Positions 52,476 to 54,853 of a stretch of DNA of 54,853 bases are shown piece after piece. Within the stretch, counting starts at the first letter, position 1, and each line of letters opens with the position of its first letter. This stretch comes from an uncultured Planctomycetales bacterium (GTDB taxonomy: Bacteria; Planctomycetota; Phycisphaerae; UBA1845; PWPN01), in assembly GCA_964617025.1 (NCBI GenBank), contig CAZTVU010000002.1:1-54853 (forward strand), in the 5' to 3' direction. The notes beneath the pieces are model-generated. The model was not told the origin of the DNA. It did no database searches and saw nothing but the letters and a program-made list of their open reading frames with translations. The translations under genes and the position numbers were made by a program.

Positions 52476-54548
52476 ATGGACCTGAAGCAGGTACGCAACA
52501 TCGGGATCGCCGCGCACATCGACGCCGGCAAGACCACGACCACCGAGCGGATCCTCTACTATGCCGGTCGCACGTACCGAATGGGCGAGGTGGACGACGG
52601 CACGACCGTGACCGATTTCGACACGGAGGAGCAGGAGCGGGGCATCACGATCTACTCGGCAGCGGTCAGCTTCGAGTGGCGCAACCACACGGTCAATCTG
52701 ATCGATACGCCGGGGCACGTGGATTTCACTGCGGAGGTGGAGCGTTCGCTTCGCGTGCTGGACGGCGCGGTCGTGGTGTTCGACGCCAAGGAAGGGGCCG
52801 AGGCCCAGTCGGAAACCGTTTGGCGGCAGGCGACCAAGTACCACGTACCGCGGATCTGCTTCATCAACAAGATGGACAAGACGGGGGCGGACTTCTTCGG
52901 GTCGGTGGAGTCTCTGCGCGAACGCCTCGGGGCCCATCCCGTGGTTCTGCAGATTCCCATCGGCGCCGAGGAATCCTTTTGCGGCATGGTGGACCTGGTT
53001 CGGCTCAAGGCGTTCCGGTTCGTGCCCGAGGATCAGGACATGCGGATCGAGGAATGCCCCATTCCGGACGACCTCGCCGGGCCGGTGAAGCACTGGCGTC
53101 ACGAGCTGGAGGAGGCCGTCGCCGAGACCGCCGACGCGCTGATGGAGAAGTACGTTCAGGGCGAACCGATGGGCGAGGAGGAGATTCGCTCGGCCCTTCG
53201 TGCTGCGACGGTGTCGAACCGGCTGCACCCGGTGTTCTGCGGCTCCGCGAGGAACAAGATCGGCACGCGCTTTCTCCTGAACGGCGTGGTCGATTACCTG
53301 CCGAGCCCGCTCGATATTCCTCCCATCGAGGGGGAACTGCCCGACCGGCCGGGCGAGAAGGTGAAGCGGGCATGCGATCCGACGGCGCCGCTGACGGCGT
53401 ATGTGTTCAAGGTCGTCGCGGACAAACCGATGGACCTGTATTTCGTGCGCGTTTATTCGGGCGTGCTCAAGGCGGGGTCCCGCGTCCTGAACGTGTCGCG
53501 CAACCAGAAGGAGAACATCAGCCGCATCTACCGGGTCTTCGCCAAGCGCCGCGAGCAGCTCAACGAGGCGGTGGCAGGCGACATCGTGGCCGTCCTCGGG
53601 CCGAAGGACGCTCTGACCGGAGACACGTTGTGCGATCCGCGGCATCCGATCGTCCTGGAGAAGATCGAGTTTCCGGAGACCGTCATCGCGATGGCGATCG
53701 AGCCGAAGTCCAGCGCGGATCGCGACAAGCTGGGCGAGGCGCTTCACGCGCTCGCGAGGCAGGATCCTACGTTCCGCGCGCACGTGGACGCGGAGACCGG
53801 TCAGACGCTCATCAGCGGCATGGGCGAGCTGCACCTGGAGGTGCTGACCCATCGGCTGCTGCGGGACATGAACGTCCAGGTGACCGTCGGCAAGCCGCGC
53901 GTCTCGTACCGCGAGACGGTGACCGCCCGCGGCGAGGCCGAGGGGCGATTCATCCGGCAGACCGGCGGGCACGGCCAGTACGCCGTGGTGAGGCTTGTCG
54001 TTGAGCCTTTTGAGCCGGAGCCCGGGATGCCGCAGGTGGTCTTTGAGAATCGCATCACCGGGGGGGCGATCCCCCGGGAATACATCCCCGCCGTTGAGAC
54101 GGGGGTTCGCGACGCGGCTCGCAGCGGGGTGTTGGTCGGTTTTCCCGTGATCCATGTGAAGGTGTCTCTGGTGGATGGGCAGTGGCACGAGGAGGACAGC
54201 TCGGAGCTCGCGTTCGAGAACGCCGGGCGCATCGCCTTTGAGGAGGCCGTGCGGAAGGCTCGGCCCGCTTTGATGGAGCCGATCATGCGGCTGGAGCTGA
54301 GCGCCCCCGATGCCTATTTCGGGCAGATAACGGGAGACTTGAATGCCAGGCGTGCGATCATCACGCATACGGAGATTCGCGGGGACCGCCGGGTGATTCA
54401 AGCGCAAGTGCCTTTGCGAGAAATGGTTGGGTACGCTACGGTGCTGCGGAGCCTGACGCAGGGTCGGGCGAGCTGGTCGATGGAGCCGTTGCGTTATGTC
54501 GTTGCGCCGCCGAGTGTTGCGGCGGAAATCGAGGCGACGGCGTATTGA
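52476..54548 (+). CDS. fusA: Elongation factor G
   Basis: RNIGIAAHIDAGKTTTTERILYY, DTPGHVDF and NKMD, plus domains II-V. ATG at 52476; an in-frame GTG at 52437 is an alternative start. Confidence 0.93.
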   Translation: MDLKQVRNIGIAAHIDAGKTTTTERILYYAGRTYRMGEVDDGTTVTDFDTEEQERGITIYSAAVSFEWRNHTVNLIDTPGHVDFTAEVERSLRVLDGAVVVFDAKEGAEAQSETVWRQATKYHVPRICFINKMDKTGADFFGSVESLRERLGAHPVVLQIPIGAEESFCGMVDLVRLKAFRFVPEDQDMRIEECPIPDDLAGPVKHWRHELEEAVAETADALMEKYVQGEPMGEEEIRSALRAATVSNRLHPVFCGSARNKIGTRFLLNGVVDYLPSPLDIPPIEGELPDRPGEKVKRACDPTAPLTAYVFKVVADKPMDLYFVRVYSGVLKAGSRVLNVSRNQKENISRIYRVFAKRREQLNEAVAGDIVAVLGPKDALTGDTLCDPRHPIVLEKIEFPETVIAMAIEPKSSADRDKLGEALHALARQDPTFRAHVDAETGQTLISGMGELHLEVLTHRLLRDMNVQVTVGKPRVSYRETVTARGEAEGRFIRQTGGHGQYAVVRLVVEPFEPEPGMPQVVFENRITGGAIPREYIPAVETGVRDAARSGVLVGFPVIHVKVSLVDGQWHEEDSSELAFENAGRIAFEEAVRKARPALMEPIMRLELSAPDAYFGQITGDLNARRAIITHTEIRGDRRVIQAQVPLREMVGYATVLRSLTQGRASWSMEPLRYVVAPPSVAAEIEATAY

Positions 54549-54620
54549 ACGGGACGCCGCCGCCCTGGGGAGCGATCGAGTCCTGGGTGCGCCGGCAGAA
54601 AATTGTCTCCAAACACCCCC

Positions 54621-54648
54621 TTGACAATTCCTCCGGGATTGGTAACCT
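54621..54648 (+). promoter_or_regulatory. Promoter candidate for the S10 operon: TTGACA-16 nt-TAACCT
   Basis: -35 at 54621-54626 and -10 at 54643-54648, about 65 nt upstream of the rpsJ GTG. Confidence 0.35.
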
Positions 54649-54713
54649 AGTGGGTCTCGGCATGCGACGCCGTAAGTAGTTCCCTTACGTGTGGTTGCGA
54701 TAGCGAGGTCTTT

Positions 54714-54853
54714 GTGCAAGGCGAACGGATACGTATTCGGATGGAGGCGTACGATCACCGGGCTCTCGATGCGTCCGCGCGGGAGATCGTCGATCATGCG
54801 AAGCGGACCAATGCCCGCGTGTGCGGGCCGATCCCGCTGCCGACGCGGATCGA
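54714..54853 (+). CDS. rpsJ: 30S ribosomal protein S10 (5' part, truncated by the window end)
   Basis: Not in the ORF track. The GTG at 54714 follows GAGG and translates to [46 protein letters not shown], matching the conserved S10 N-terminus (..QRIRIRLKAFDH..AKRTGA.V.GPIPLPT). Confidence 0.85.
   Translation, partial: MQGERIRIRMEAYDHRALDASAREIVDHAKRTNARVCGPIPLPTRI

Noticed and set aside
52335-54797. 820-aa minus-strand ORF
   Set aside because: It is antisense to fusA and would also run through the rpsJ promoter region. Its composition is shadow-ORF-like.

Overview
The window is GC-rich (about two-thirds G+C by eye), densely coding bacterial chromosome. PEP-CTERM tails, dockerin-like EF-hand repeats and many CAZymes suggest a Planctomycetota/Phycisphaerae-like organism; this is inference only. 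Most of it is housekeeping. There is a tightly coupled tpiA-secG-yicC-gmk-rpoZ-coaC-coaB-pcm string, plus pheA, nrdJ (class II RNR), leuS, mcsA-mcsB, a HIT-dGTPase pair, PCD, folE, fusA, the start of rpsJ, and one tRNA-Glu(CTC). Accessory content includes a CzcBA-type RND metal efflux pair, a tandem Kdo/WaaP-like kinase, and pectin-type CAZymes (a GH106-like enzyme and an SGNH+GH28 fusion). It also includes an MsbA-like ABC exporter with a PDZ-like periplasmic insert and an internal frameshift, and a 1033-aa orphan protein. The most interesting region is 25.8-32.3 kb. It encodes a GH13 amylase with a canonical dockerin, and that gene is start/stop-overlapped with a gene for a small secreted protein with a cohesin-like N-terminal domain. 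The same locus holds a PEP-CTERM tandem starch-binding-type protein and a large duplicated-domain protein. Three proteins in the window share an unusual four-cysteine tandem dockerin-like C-terminal module. Together this looks like a cell-surface, amylosome-like assembly. Other oddities are a telomere-like G-quadruplex tract and repeat-dense AT-rich spacer between pheA and tpiA, a recurring TTGAC(A/G)-N17-TAnnnT promoter architecture with some candidate leaderless genes, and two +1 frame breaks at homopolymer runs. Many long antisense ORFs in the track are GC-driven shadow ORFs and were rejected.
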